A DNA stretch of 64,000 nucleotides from positions 1,888,001 through 1,952,000 of the forward strand of contig CBDBHB010000009.1 in NCBI GenBank assembly GCA_965205505.1, in the 5' to 3' direction. A program made the translations under genes and the position numbers. This stretch comes from Acidobacteriota bacterium (GTDB taxonomy: Bacteria; Acidobacteriota; UBA890; WLXD01). Under the pieces are notes generated by a model. That model was given only the letters and a program-made list of their open reading frames with translations. It ran no database searches and was not told the origin of the DNA. Of this stretch, positions 19,437 through 28,459 are shown in pieces (positions within the stretch are counted from its first letter, which is position 1; every line of letters starts with the position of its first letter).

Positions 19437-19987
19437 AGTGGCCTGTAACAGATGATCGTTGCATATCGCAGATGGGATTTGCGGGTGAGATCAAGGCGCG
19501 GCGAGGATGTCGATGCTAGCAGGCCGTGATGGAAGTGTGGTGGGTCTGGCAAGTGGGACTCACGGGCTAGGGCAAGGATCGACGACGAGGCGATGCTGGA
19601 GCCATCGTCGAGGAGGAGAGACGCCGCCATCGCCCGTGACTCCCACTTGCCCTACGGGTTACGCCGCCAAGGGCGCGTCTCCGGCGTTGCCGCTCCTAGA
19701 CGATGCGCACGGGCATCGCCGGCGACGCGGCGCCTTGGATCTGCGCCCTTGGCGGCGTAACCAGACCCATCACACTTCCACCACGGCCTGCTGGGGCATC
19801 GTCGACGAGCCGCAACGCCGATATCGCCCACAACTGCCCATCTGTCCGGAGGATGGCGGCGAAATGGGCCCGTCTGCGGCGTTGCTTCTCCTCGGAAGCT
19901 GGGCCAACATCGTCTCGTCGTAGCGCCTGGCATCCGGACCCATTCCGCCACCACGATATGCAACGATCATCTGTTACAGGCCACTAG
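19435..19987. mobile_element. MITE-like element type A (~278 bp) carrying nested type B
   Basis: 32-bp TIR AGTGGCCTGTAACAGATGATCGTTGCATATCG / CGATATGCAACGATCATCTGTTACAGGCCACT; no transposase. Confidence 0.88.
19516..19794. mobile_element. MITE-like element type B (279 bp), nested in type A
   Basis: TIR CTAGCAGGCCGTGATGGAAGTGTGGTGGGTCTGG / CCAGACCCATCACACTTCCACCACGGCCTGCTGG. Confidence 0.88.
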
Positions 19988-20262
19988 TGCTCCTGATCAT
20001 AAGTACGGTGACGTTTGTGGCGCGCGCGACCGGGGCGAATTGTAGGAGCGGCGACGAGGGCGATGCTGGGTGTATCGTCGAGGCGCCGCGACGCCCAAGG
20101 TGGCCGGTCCCGCGGCCACCCGGAGGGCAGGAGCGATATGCGGGCGAACTCGGCGTCAGGGCTCGTCGAGGATGGCTAAGGCATCGCCTTCCTCACCCTT
20201 CCTTGATCTCGCCCGCATCTCGCTCCTGCAAACGTCACCGTACTTATGATCAGGAGCACTAG
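19984..20262. mobile_element. MITE-like element type C (279 bp)
   Basis: Perfect TIR CTAGTGCTCCTGATCATAAGTACGGTGACGTTTG; shares its left CTAG with type A. Confidence 0.88.
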
Positions 20263-20322
20263 TAGGCTGCTACCGTTTCCGCTGTCGGGTGTGGTAGCCA
20301 GGATGCTCCAGTTGAGGACGGG

Positions 20323-21192
20323 ATGGAAAAACGAATCGGTGTGATCGGGGGCAGCGGCCTCTACGAGATGGACGGGCTGACGGTTCTCGACGAGATGCAC
20401 CTGGAAACGCCGTTCGGCGATCCTTCCGACGCATTCGTGCTAGGCGAGCTCGACGGCCGGCCCGTCGCGTTCCTATCGCGGCACGGCCGCGGGCACACCT
20501 TCAGCCCTTCGAACGTGCCCTACCGGGCGAATGTCTATGGATTTCGGCTGCTCGGCGTGCGCAATCTGTTCTCGGTGAGCGCCGTAGGCAGCCTACGCGA
20601 GGCTATCGCGCCGCTGCAGTTCGTGGTGCCCGACCAGTTCGTCGATCGAACCTGCAATCGGGCGACGACTTTCTTCGACGAGGGCATAGTGGCGCACGTC
20701 GCGTTTGCCGACCCTGTCTGCGCTCGGCTGGCAGACCTGCTCGCCACGGCAGCGGAAACGATTGACGTGGAGGTGCATCGTGGAGGCACCTACGTCTGCA
20801 TCGAGGGGCCCCAATTCTCCACTCGCGCCGAGAGCAATCTGTATCGCTCCTGGGGGATGGATGTAGTTGGCATGACCAACCTCACGGAGGCGAAGTTGGC
20901 GCGCGAAGCGGGAATCGGCTACGCCACCCTGGCGATGGTGTGCGACTACGACTGCTGGCACGACGAGCACGCAGATGTCACCGCCGAAATGGCCGTCGCC
21001 AACCTGGGAAAGAGTGTCGGCAACGCGCAGCGCGTGCTCCGTGCAGCGATTAACAACCTCCCAACAGACGCGCCTTCGTCGTGCGAGGCTGCCATCGCCA
21101 ACGCGATCATGACATCCCCCGATAGCTTTCCACCGGCGCTGCGGCGCCGTCTGGCGCTGCTTCTCGAGCCCGACGACGGAGCCCAACCTTGA
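20323..21192 (+). CDS. mtnP: S-methyl-5'-thioadenosine phosphorylase
   Basis: IGVIGGSGLY, TPFGDPS, SRHGRGH, EGPQFSTRAES, GMTN, DYDCW. Confidence 0.93.
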   Translation: MEKRIGVIGGSGLYEMDGLTVLDEMHLETPFGDPSDAFVLGELDGRPVAFLSRHGRGHTFSPSNVPYRANVYGFRLLGVRNLFSVSAVGSLREAIAPLQFVVPDQFVDRTCNRATTFFDEGIVAHVAFADPVCARLADLLATAAETIDVEVHRGGTYVCIEGPQFSTRAESNLYRSWGMDVVGMTNLTEAKLAREAGIGYATLAMVCDYDCWHDEHADVTAEMAVANLGKSVGNAQRVLRAAINNLPTDAPSSCEAAIANAIMTSPDSFPPALRRRLALLLEPDDGAQP

Positions 21193-22097
21193 GCATCGTG
21201 GTAGTCGGTTCTGTGGCGTTCGACACGGTGATTACGCCGTACGGTCGTGTTGACGATGCCCTGGGTGGGGCTGCTACGTACTTCGCGGTGGCGGCCTCGT
21301 ACTTCTGCCCAGTACGGGTGGTGGCCGTCGTCGGCAATGACTTCAGCGCCGAGCACGAGGCAGTGCTGTTGGAGCGCAGTGTGGATACGAGCGGCATCGA
21401 ACGGGCGCCCGGCCGGACGTTCCGCTGGGGTGGCGAGTATTCCTGGAACCTGAACGAGCGGAAGACGCTGTTTACCGAGCTGAACGTCTTCGAGACCTTC
21501 GCGCCGGTGCTGCCAGCGGAGTTTCGAGACACCCCCTATGTGTTCCTGGCGAACATTGCGCCGCAGCTGCAGCAGTCCGTCCTGGAGCAGGTGGAGAGGC
21601 CGGAGTTGGTGGCGCTCGATACGATGAACTATTGGATCGAGGGCTCACTCGAGGCGCTGAAAACAACCCTGCAACACGTCGACATCCTGGTCATAAACGA
21701 CGAGGAGGCGCGCGAATTGGCCGGTGCCTACAACCTCGTAGAAGCCGCCAAGTCGATTCGGGCGCTGGGACCGGCCAGCGTGATCATCAAACGCGGGGAG
21801 CACGGTGCGACGGCCTTCCTGGAAGGCGATGTCTTCACCGTGCCGGGATTCCCTTTACGCCAGCTTGCCGACCCGACCGGCGCCGGCGATACGTTTGCTG
21901 GAGGCTTCATGGGCCACCTTGCGAGTACCGGCGATCACAGCGCGAAAGGGTTGCGTCGGGCAATCGTAGCCGGCAGCGTTCTGGCCTCGTTTTGCGTCGA
22001 GAGCTTCAGCCTCGATGGGATTCGGGGGCTCGACAGCGACCAGATCGCCGCTCGGTACGGTGAGTTTCAGGCGCTGACAAGGTTCGACGACATCTGA
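21189..22097 (+). CDS. PfkB-family carbohydrate/nucleoside kinase
   Basis: GSVAFD, LGGAATY, DPTGAGDTFAGG. Confidence 0.9.
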   Translation: MSIVVVGSVAFDTVITPYGRVDDALGGAATYFAVAASYFCPVRVVAVVGNDFSAEHEAVLLERSVDTSGIERAPGRTFRWGGEYSWNLNERKTLFTELNVFETFAPVLPAEFRDTPYVFLANIAPQLQQSVLEQVERPELVALDTMNYWIEGSLEALKTTLQHVDILVINDEEARELAGAYNLVEAAKSIRALGPASVIIKRGEHGATAFLEGDVFTVPGFPLRQLADPTGAGDTFAGGFMGHLASTGDHSAKGLRRAIVAGSVLASFCVESFSLDGIRGLDSDQIAARYGEFQALTRFDDI

Positions 22098-22107
22098 CGA
22101 GGCGCAC

Positions 22108-22881
22108 GTGCTCCTGGCAATCGATGTGGGCAACACGAACACTCAGTTCGGGGTATTCGACGGCTCGACCCTACGGGCTGATTGGCGATTGGCAACGCAT
22201 GGCAACGGCACCGCTGACGAGATGGGGTTACTGTCGCTGTCGCTCCTGGAGCGCGAGGAGATTGCCGCCGAGCATATTTCGGGCATTGTGGTGGCCAGCG
22301 TCGTTCCACCATTGACGGGGGCTCTCGCGCGTATGTCGCAGCGGTACTTCGGCGTCGAGCCACTGCTCGTGAGTGCTGACGTCGTTGATGATCTTCCGGT
22401 GCTTTACGATCCACCGGGCGATGTGGGGGCAGACCGTATCGTCAACGCGGTTGCGGCGCGCCAAAAGTACGGCGTCCCCGCCGTGGTAGTGGATTTCGGT
22501 ACCGCCACAACGTTCGACGTGATCAACGACGAGGGCGCCTATCTCGGCGGCGTGATCGCTACCGGTGTGGGGGTATCGGCCGACGCCCTGTTCGCTCGTG
22601 CGGCGCGTCTCCCGCGAGTCGACATTGCTCGGCCGCAGCAGGTCATCGGTCGATCTACCGTGGGCAGCGTGAGGTCGGGCCTGTTCTATGGCTACGCCGA
22701 CCTCGTAGACGGCCTACTAGGCCGCATTAGCCTGGAGCTGGGTACCGAGCCGACGGTTGTCGCCACCGGTGGATGGGCGATGACAATCGGGGAGGCGTGC
22801 GAACGCATACAGCATATCGATCTGTTGCTCACCCTCGAGGGCCTGAAGATCATCCACGCCCGTTACGCGAGCACTCGATGA
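22108..22881 (+). CDS. coaX: Type III pantothenate kinase
   Basis: LAIDVGNTN, VGADR, VVDFGTATTFD, VATGG. Confidence 0.95.
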   Translation: MLLAIDVGNTNTQFGVFDGSTLRADWRLATHGNGTADEMGLLSLSLLEREEIAAEHISGIVVASVVPPLTGALARMSQRYFGVEPLLVSADVVDDLPVLYDPPGDVGADRIVNAVAARQKYGVPAVVVDFGTATTFDVINDEGAYLGGVIATGVGVSADALFARAARLPRVDIARPQQVIGRSTVGSVRSGLFYGYADLVDGLLGRISLELGTEPTVVATGGWAMTIGEACERIQHIDLLLTLEGLKIIHARYASTR

Positions 22882-24467
22882 GCCCTCCGAAAGACCTCGT
22901 CAAGGCGATTCGACGCGCCGTGAACCGCATCGCCAAAGGTGGACTCGATGGCGACGTGCCCGAACGCGAGGTCGAGGCCGTCATGGCATTCGGTCCGGGG
23001 GTGGAAGAGGGGCTCCGCGACGCGGTTGACAGCGGGCCGCCGGAGCGCCTTGCGGCCACGATCCGACTCGTCCGATTGGCGGGTGCCGGCGGGTTGGCAA
23101 ACGAAATCGCATCGCAGGCTTTGCGTCGTGCAGTACCGCTCGATGCCAAAGGGGAAGCAATCGGCCTACTCCGCGACGTTGGCGTCGAGATACCGCAGCA
23201 GGTCGAGGACATGCTGCGGGTGGCGCGTCAGTTCGTTGAAGCTCCCGATGCCAAGGGTTTGGATTCCGTGCTGGCGTTGCCGGAGGCCTGGAAGGAACCT
23301 GTGCTGAGTGCCTGGCTGGCTCGCCCATGTTCGGATGCCAGTCTTCTTGAGACTGTCTTGGGACTCGACCCCCGGATAGACGCCATTGTCGTCGAGCGTC
23401 TCGGTGCGTCGGGGAACCAAGAGGCCGTACCGGCTCTGCGGCGGCTGGTTGCAGAGGAGGATCGCAAGCTCCGCAAGGTTGCCAAGCGGGCCCTGCATCG
23501 CCTACGAGCCGCCGGCGTCGACGTGACCGGGGAAACGCCGGCGCCGGAAAAATTCTCGCTGCGGATCGCGCCGGACATCCAACGCGAGTCGCGCGCCTTC
23601 GCCACCGGCATCGATGGGTCGGGTGGGCGCATCCTGTGGGTGATGGCACCCTCTAGCAAGGGCGGTTACCGCTTGCTGGAGGCAGTTGTCGACGATCAGC
23701 AGGGGCTGCGCAGGTCCGAGGTGATGCCCGTGGCGCTGAAGGGGTTCAAGGCTCATATCGAGCGCCTGCGAGCCAATCCGGCGCTCCTCATAGCGCAACT
23801 CGAGTTGGCACAAGCGGTGGCGATCCTGCGCGCTGGGGAGGCGTTAGCCGCCGACGCCGGAGAAAGTCTTCCACCCGAGTACGAGGCATGGCGCGAAGAT
23901 ACGGCGGCAGAGCTGTTTGTCGTGCCGGCCGGGGTGCCGCGAGGCGGGAGCTTGGCGGTCGAGTCAACCGAGGAGAAGACGAAGGACGGGCCGCCAGACG
24001 GTCAGGCCGGTCGGTCGGTCCCGGAACAGCGCGAGCTACTGGCACGGTCGGCGGATCTGCTCGGCGAGCCCTACTTTGCCAACTGGGCCGTTTTGGGCGA
24101 GGTAGTCGAAAGCGCTGCTGCCGGGGTTCGTCGTGCCGAAACGAGCACCCTGCTGGTAGACGAAGAGCAGCGTAAGCAACAGGTAGACCGCGAGATCAGC
24201 GCCGTCGCCGAGGTCTTCGACAGCGCCACACGGATGCGCTACAGGCAGCGGCTCGAGCAGATGACGGATGTCTTGAGGGCCACAAAGCACGAGCGTGAGG
24301 CAGAGCTCGCCCTCGCTGCCGCACAGGGGTTCACGGATGTAGCCGATCTGTACTCTGATCACCCGTTCGCGCGCGCGCTGATTCAGCGCGGCGTGTTGGC
24401 GGCCTATCAAGGCGTACGTCAGGAGGAGGACCGTGAGTCGTCCGAAAGCCGCATTGTGCAGCCCTGA
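22878..24467 (+). CDS. Hypothetical HEAT-repeat-like helical protein
   Basis: ATGA overlap with coaX stop; AVPALRRL...KVAKRALHRL. Confidence 0.7.
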   Translation: MSPPKDLVKAIRRAVNRIAKGGLDGDVPEREVEAVMAFGPGVEEGLRDAVDSGPPERLAATIRLVRLAGAGGLANEIASQALRRAVPLDAKGEAIGLLRDVGVEIPQQVEDMLRVARQFVEAPDAKGLDSVLALPEAWKEPVLSAWLARPCSDASLLETVLGLDPRIDAIVVERLGASGNQEAVPALRRLVAEEDRKLRKVAKRALHRLRAAGVDVTGETPAPEKFSLRIAPDIQRESRAFATGIDGSGGRILWVMAPSSKGGYRLLEAVVDDQQGLRRSEVMPVALKGFKAHIERLRANPALLIAQLELAQAVAILRAGEALAADAGESLPPEYEAWREDTAAELFVVPAGVPRGGSLAVESTEEKTKDGPPDGQAGRSVPEQRELLARSADLLGEPYFANWAVLGEVVESAAAGVRRAETSTLLVDEEQRKQQVDREISAVAEVFDSATRMRYRQRLEQMTDVLRATKHEREAELALAAAQGFTDVADLYSDHPFARALIQRGVLAAYQGVRQEEDRESSESRIVQP

Positions 24468-25245
24468 GGAGCCGTGCGGCCTCGAGACTCGGCAATCGCG
24501 GAGGCTGGATCGCTCACGTCCTGCACTGTCGAGTGTCTTGTTCGCGGCGGTGCTGGCGGTTGCCTGTGGGGAGGATCGCTCGGCGCTGGAGTTGGCCCGA
24601 GAAGCGGCCGACGACCGCGACCGAGCGCGCGCCATCGGATTTTACCAAAGGCATCTCGAGCAGTTCGGCGATGATTTCGAAGCGCGGCTGGAGTACACAT
24701 TGCTGCTCGGGGAGGCCTGGGCGTTCCGCGGGGGTGATTCTGCTCCCATTCTCGAGAGCCTGGAGCGACTGCACGAGGAGCAGCCCGACAACCTGCGGGT
24801 GAAAGAGCTGTACGCGATGATGCTAGTGCGCGAGGGTCAGGCCGCAGGGTCGGCGCGCCGCTTCGAGGATGCCGAGCGTTACTACCAACAGGCCCTGGAA
24901 GTTCATCCGGATGTCGGCACGCCCTACTACCACCTCGGGGCCATGTACCAGGATCAGGGTCGTAGCCAGGCTGCCTTTCAGGCGTACGTTGCTGCCGCGC
25001 TCAAGCGGCCGCCGCTTCCCGATTTGTATCTCCGACTCGGGCGCGAGTACCTCGAGCGGGGCGATCTGGATCGCGCCATCAACACGTTGCTGCTCGTCGA
25101 TGAGCTACGAGGTACGTCGACGTACCTGCTTCCCGCCGCTCATTGCGCCCTGGCGGAGGCCTATCACCGGCGCGGAGACGACGACAGCGCGCGGGAGTAC
25201 CTGCTAGTGGGCGGTGAGGAATGCGTCGTCGCGGGGCTCTCCTAG
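24433..25245 (+). CDS. TPR lipoprotein (true start likely later)
   Basis: LAVAC lipobox; TPR-like units (AERYYQQALEVHPD). Confidence 0.72.
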   Translation: MSRPKAALCSPEEPCGLETRQSRRLDRSRPALSSVLFAAVLAVACGEDRSALELAREAADDRDRARAIGFYQRHLEQFGDDFEARLEYTLLLGEAWAFRGGDSAPILESLERLHEEQPDNLRVKELYAMMLVREGQAAGSARRFEDAERYYQQALEVHPDVGTPYYHLGAMYQDQGRSQAAFQAYVAAALKRPPLPDLYLRLGREYLERGDLDRAINTLLLVDELRGTSTYLLPAAHCALAEAYHRRGDDDSAREYLLVGGEECVVAGLS

Positions 25246-25265
25246 CAGGCCGTGGTGAAAGTGCG
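25242..25265. repeat. Single type B terminus
   Basis: CTAGCAGGCCGTGGTGAAAGTG sits on the TPR gene TAG. Confidence 0.75.
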
Positions 25266-25274
25266 GTCCATCAC

Positions 25275-25553
25275 CTACATGAAGACGAGATCGCCAGTCT
25301 GCTCGAAGGGTTCGCGTTTTATCATGTCGATCGAATCCCACGGGCAGTACCGCGCGCACAGCACGCAGCCGATACAGGTCTCCTTGTCGATGAGCACGTA
25401 CTTCTCTGCCGGGTTGTCTTCCGGCTGCACCAGATCGATGCAGTCCACTGGACAGAAAATGATGCAGGCCTCGCACCCCGTGCAGTCGTGGCGACGCACG
25501 ATGGCGATCGATGCAGAACGTTTCTTTGGGCGTTTCTTGACTGCGGTAGCCAT
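25275..25553 (-). CDS. 2x[4Fe-4S] ferredoxin
   Basis: CTGCEACIIFCP and CIGCVLCARYCP. Confidence 0.9.
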   Translation of the reverse strand: MATAVKKRPKKRSASIAIVRRHDCTGCEACIIFCPVDCIDLVQPEDNPAEKYVLIDKETCIGCVLCARYCPWDSIDMIKREPFEQTGDLVFM

Positions 25554-25746
25554 GCGTCGTGTCCGTTCCCCACAGTGACGGTGATCCGCCGCGCCGACGA
25601 AACCATCGATTTCTGTCTGGCAAAGGAGAATACAGCCCCAACAGGTCGCACTCAAACGCTCCGTGGGAACGTGTCATAGACCTCCATCTGAGGTCCACCT
25701 ATAATCGGTTATGGGTGGTCGAACGGTCTAACGGGCAATCTGAACC

Positions 25747-26535
25747 ATGAATCTCGGCGGCGATCGATACCGGAAAATTCACCTCCGCGACGAGAAGGCT
25801 CGGCGCTGGGCGAAGATGCGCCGGGAGTCATCTGGCGCACCTTCCGCTCCCGCCGGCACCGGTTCAGAGGTGTTCCGGGAGTACCTCGAAGAAAACAACG
25901 CGGAGCGCAACGTCTCGTTGAAGAAGTCGGGGATCTTCGCGATCGTGGCCCACTTCATTGCGTTCCTGATGGTGATACCCGCCGCGATGCCCGAAGTCGT
26001 GGAGCTCGAGCGCACCGCGGCGACGGTGGTGAAGCGGTACACGCCGCCGGCGCCGCCCGCCAAGGCAAAGAAAACCAAGAGGAAGAAATCGGCTTCGGTG
26101 GTGCCGATTCCCGATCCGACGCCGGACGATCCGGAGCCCATCGAGCCCGAGGCGTCGGATGTTGACAAGGGTGAGTTCGACGACGAGTTCGCCATCGGCG
26201 ATCCGGTAGGCATTCCGGGCGCCGGCGGGCTGCGCGGACAGGCGTTCCGGGCTGGCGACGGTGGAATTCTATCGCCGCAGGTAGTGCGTCAGGTGGACCC
26301 AGAGTACACGCCCGAGGCCACCCGCAAAGGGATTCAAGGGGAGGTCTGGATCGAGGCGGTCGTGGATGTCGACGGCTCGGTTGTCGAGCCTCGCCTGCTC
26401 CGCGGACTTCCGGACGAAGAGCTCAATGCCCGCGCTATGGAGGCCATTCAAAGATGGCTCTTCAAGCCGGGGATGAAGGATGGCGTGCCCGTCCCGGTAA
26501 TCGCCGTTTTCACCGTTACTTACAGGCTGCACTAG
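25747..26535 (+). CDS. tonB: TonB-family energy transducer
   Basis: TM helix with His, Pro-rich linker, PEYTPEA...GIQGEV...WLFKPG..DGVPV. Confidence 0.85.
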   Translation: MNLGGDRYRKIHLRDEKARRWAKMRRESSGAPSAPAGTGSEVFREYLEENNAERNVSLKKSGIFAIVAHFIAFLMVIPAAMPEVVELERTAATVVKRYTPPAPPAKAKKTKRKKSASVVPIPDPTPDDPEPIEPEASDVDKGEFDDEFAIGDPVGIPGAGGLRGQAFRAGDGGILSPQVVRQVDPEYTPEATRKGIQGEVWIEAVVDVDGSVVEPRLLRGLPDEELNARAMEAIQRWLFKPGMKDGVPVPVIAVFTVTYRLH

Positions 26536-26706
26536 CAGGCCGTGTTGAAAGTGTGGTGGGTCTGGCGACAGGGATTTGCGAAGTGGAGGCAAGGAGAGAG
26601 GAGGAGGCGATGGCTACCCCATCGTTGACGAGGAACGACGCAGCATACGCGCGCAACCCCCTGTCGCCGTAACCAGACCCACCACACTTTCACCACGGCC
26701 TGCTAG
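26532..26706. mobile_element. Type B element, one-arm form (175 bp)
   Basis: CTAGCAGGCCGTGTTGAAAGTGTGGTGGGTCTGG ... CCAGACCCACCACACTTTCACCACGGCCTGCTAG; sits on the tonB TAG. Confidence 0.88.
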
Positions 26707-26774
26707 TGTCCTGTAGCAGAGGTTCGACCCATACACTCTGCAGGCGTACCACTATTTGTGGGGCGCAGTACTAG
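26703..26774. repeat. Type D terminus joined to an unrelated CTAG-ending segment
   Basis: CTAGTGTCCTGTAGCAGAGGTTCG ... GGGGCGCAGTACTAG. Confidence 0.65.
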
Positions 26775-26816
26775 CTCGCCGACCCCGATGAGAGTTCTGC
26801 GACGGGCTCCTGTGTC

Positions 26817-27551
26817 TTGCTGCGCGCCCTGATTACCGGCGTCGCTCTGGCGCTAATCGTTCCGCTTGCTGGATCGATTGGCCTGTTGGCCGCATGGATC
26901 ACCGGCTCGCCACGGCCCCTGTACGCCCTCGCGTTTCCGATTGCGCGCGGGTTGTTCCGCGTCGCCGGGATCCAACTTCGGGTGATTGGGCGAGACCGGT
27001 TGGATCCGGAAGCCACATATGTTTTCGTAGCGAATCACGTCAGCAACGTCGACCCGCCGGTAGCCTTCGTGGCGATCGGTCGGAACATCCGTGCGTTTGC
27101 CAAGGCGGCGGTCTTCAAGCTACCCGTGTTTGGGGCCGTGCTTCGCGCGGCGGAGTTTCCGCCGGTGCATCGCAAGGACCGCGAACGCAGCATACGGGCA
27201 GTTGATTTGGCTGCCGAGGCGTTGCGGAAGGGACACGACTTCCTTGTCTTTGCCGAGGGCACGCGGAGCAAAGACGGTCGCCTGCAGGCCTTCAAGAAAG
27301 GACCTTTCGTGATGGCCATCAAGGCACAGGTGCCGGTCGCTCCCGTAGTCCTTCGCGGCACTCGTGGAATCCAGCCGAAGGGGAGCATGACAATCACGCC
27401 GGGGATCGCTGAGATCGAGTTTCTTTCCCCGATACCGACCCGAGGTCTAGGCTTCAGCAACCGGAATGATCTCCGAGATCGCGCTCATGATGCCGTCTCA
27501 CAGGCCCTTGCCGCAGCGCCGGTGGGCGCTATCGGAGCCGGATTGCAATGA
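26817..27551 (+). CDS. plsC: 1-acyl-sn-glycerol-3-phosphate acyltransferase family
   Basis: NHVSNVD, FAEGTRS, FKKG. Confidence 0.88.
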   Translation: MLRALITGVALALIVPLAGSIGLLAAWITGSPRPLYALAFPIARGLFRVAGIQLRVIGRDRLDPEATYVFVANHVSNVDPPVAFVAIGRNIRAFAKAAVFKLPVFGAVLRAAEFPPVHRKDRERSIRAVDLAAEALRKGHDFLVFAEGTRSKDGRLQAFKKGPFVMAIKAQVPVAPVVLRGTRGIQPKGSMTITPGIAEIEFLSPIPTRGLGFSNRNDLRDRAHDAVSQALAAAPVGAIGAGLQ

Positions 27552-27618
27552 CCCAGGGGCGCCCGTACTCTGCTCGCACTGAACCTCCAACTGCGTTCGC
27601 TAGTCCCTCGAGGGCCTG

Positions 27619-28287
27619 ATGTCCCCTGACCCACCGGTACGTTCACAACCTGTCGCCGTGGCATCGCGCTTCGATCGGGAAGGGATGCGCACCGCCGTGG
27701 CGCACTTCCTCGTCGCTGCAGGCCTGCCGGAAGACGCGGCGGGCGAGGCACCAGACAACACCGCCGCAGCGTGGATCAACGATCTGTTGAGCGGCTACGC
27801 GACCGATCCGGGTTCGGTGCTCGAGCCCACCTGGCCGGAGCGCAGCGGCGAGATCATCACGGTTACCAGCATTCCATTCGTCTCGGTCTGTGCGCACCAC
27901 CTTCTGCCATTCTTCGGGCAAGCGCACGTCGCCTACTTGCCCGACGAGCGCCTCACCGGGCTCTCTCGGATCGAGGAGTTGGTTCGCTGTCTGTCGCGCC
28001 GGCTGCAGATGCAGGAGCGACTAGGCGAGCAGATTGCCGAGGAGCTGATGACCGGGGTGGCGGCGTCAGGCGCCGCATGCGTGCTCGAGGCCGAGCATCT
28101 CTGCGTGTTCGCGCGCGGTCGACGCCAGCGCGGTAGCGTTACGCGTACCGCAGCGTTCGCCGGAAGCCTGGCCACCGATCAGCGGTTGCAAGATCACTGC
28201 CTGGCCTGGTTGAGGCCGGCGAGCCCAACGAAGCGGGATCAAGACGGGCCCCCGGCCGCGGCCCGCAACAGGAGTACGGACGGATGA
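27619..28287 (+). CDS. folE: GTP cyclohydrolase I (divergent)
   Basis: SVCAHHLLPFFG.AHVAY.P, GLSR, RRLQMQERL, EAEHLC. Confidence 0.85.
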   Translation: MSPDPPVRSQPVAVASRFDREGMRTAVAHFLVAAGLPEDAAGEAPDNTAAAWINDLLSGYATDPGSVLEPTWPERSGEIITVTSIPFVSVCAHHLLPFFGQAHVAYLPDERLTGLSRIEELVRCLSRRLQMQERLGEQIAEELMTGVAASGAACVLEAEHLCVFARGRRQRGSVTRTAAFAGSLATDQRLQDHCLAWLRPASPTKRDQDGPPAAARNRSTDG

Positions 28288-28454
28288 GCGACAAGCAAAC
28301 GGGAGTAGGGGTAAATGGCGAGCCCGACGACTTCGCCGCCCGGTACGACCGCATGGTGTTGGGCGGTGGTCAGGGCTGGGTCGTCAAGACAATCGTGGCG
28401 ATTGTGGTCCTGCTGGTGCTGATCGCCGCCGGGCGCACCGCGATCGGGCTCTAG
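28284..28454 (+). CDS. Small single-TM hypothetical protein (56 aa)
   Basis: AGGAG RBS, ATGA overlap with folE stop, hydrophobic WVVKTIVAIVVLLVLIAAG; fills the gap to the next gene. Confidence 0.55.
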   Translation: MSDKQTGVGVNGEPDDFAARYDRMVLGGGQGWVVKTIVAIVVLLVLIAAGRTAIGL

Positions 28455-28459
28455 CTACT

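Noticed and set aside
19435-20262. CRISPR array or integron attC array
   Set aside because: No regularly spaced direct repeats with unique spacers, no cas or intI genes, and no cassette organisation.
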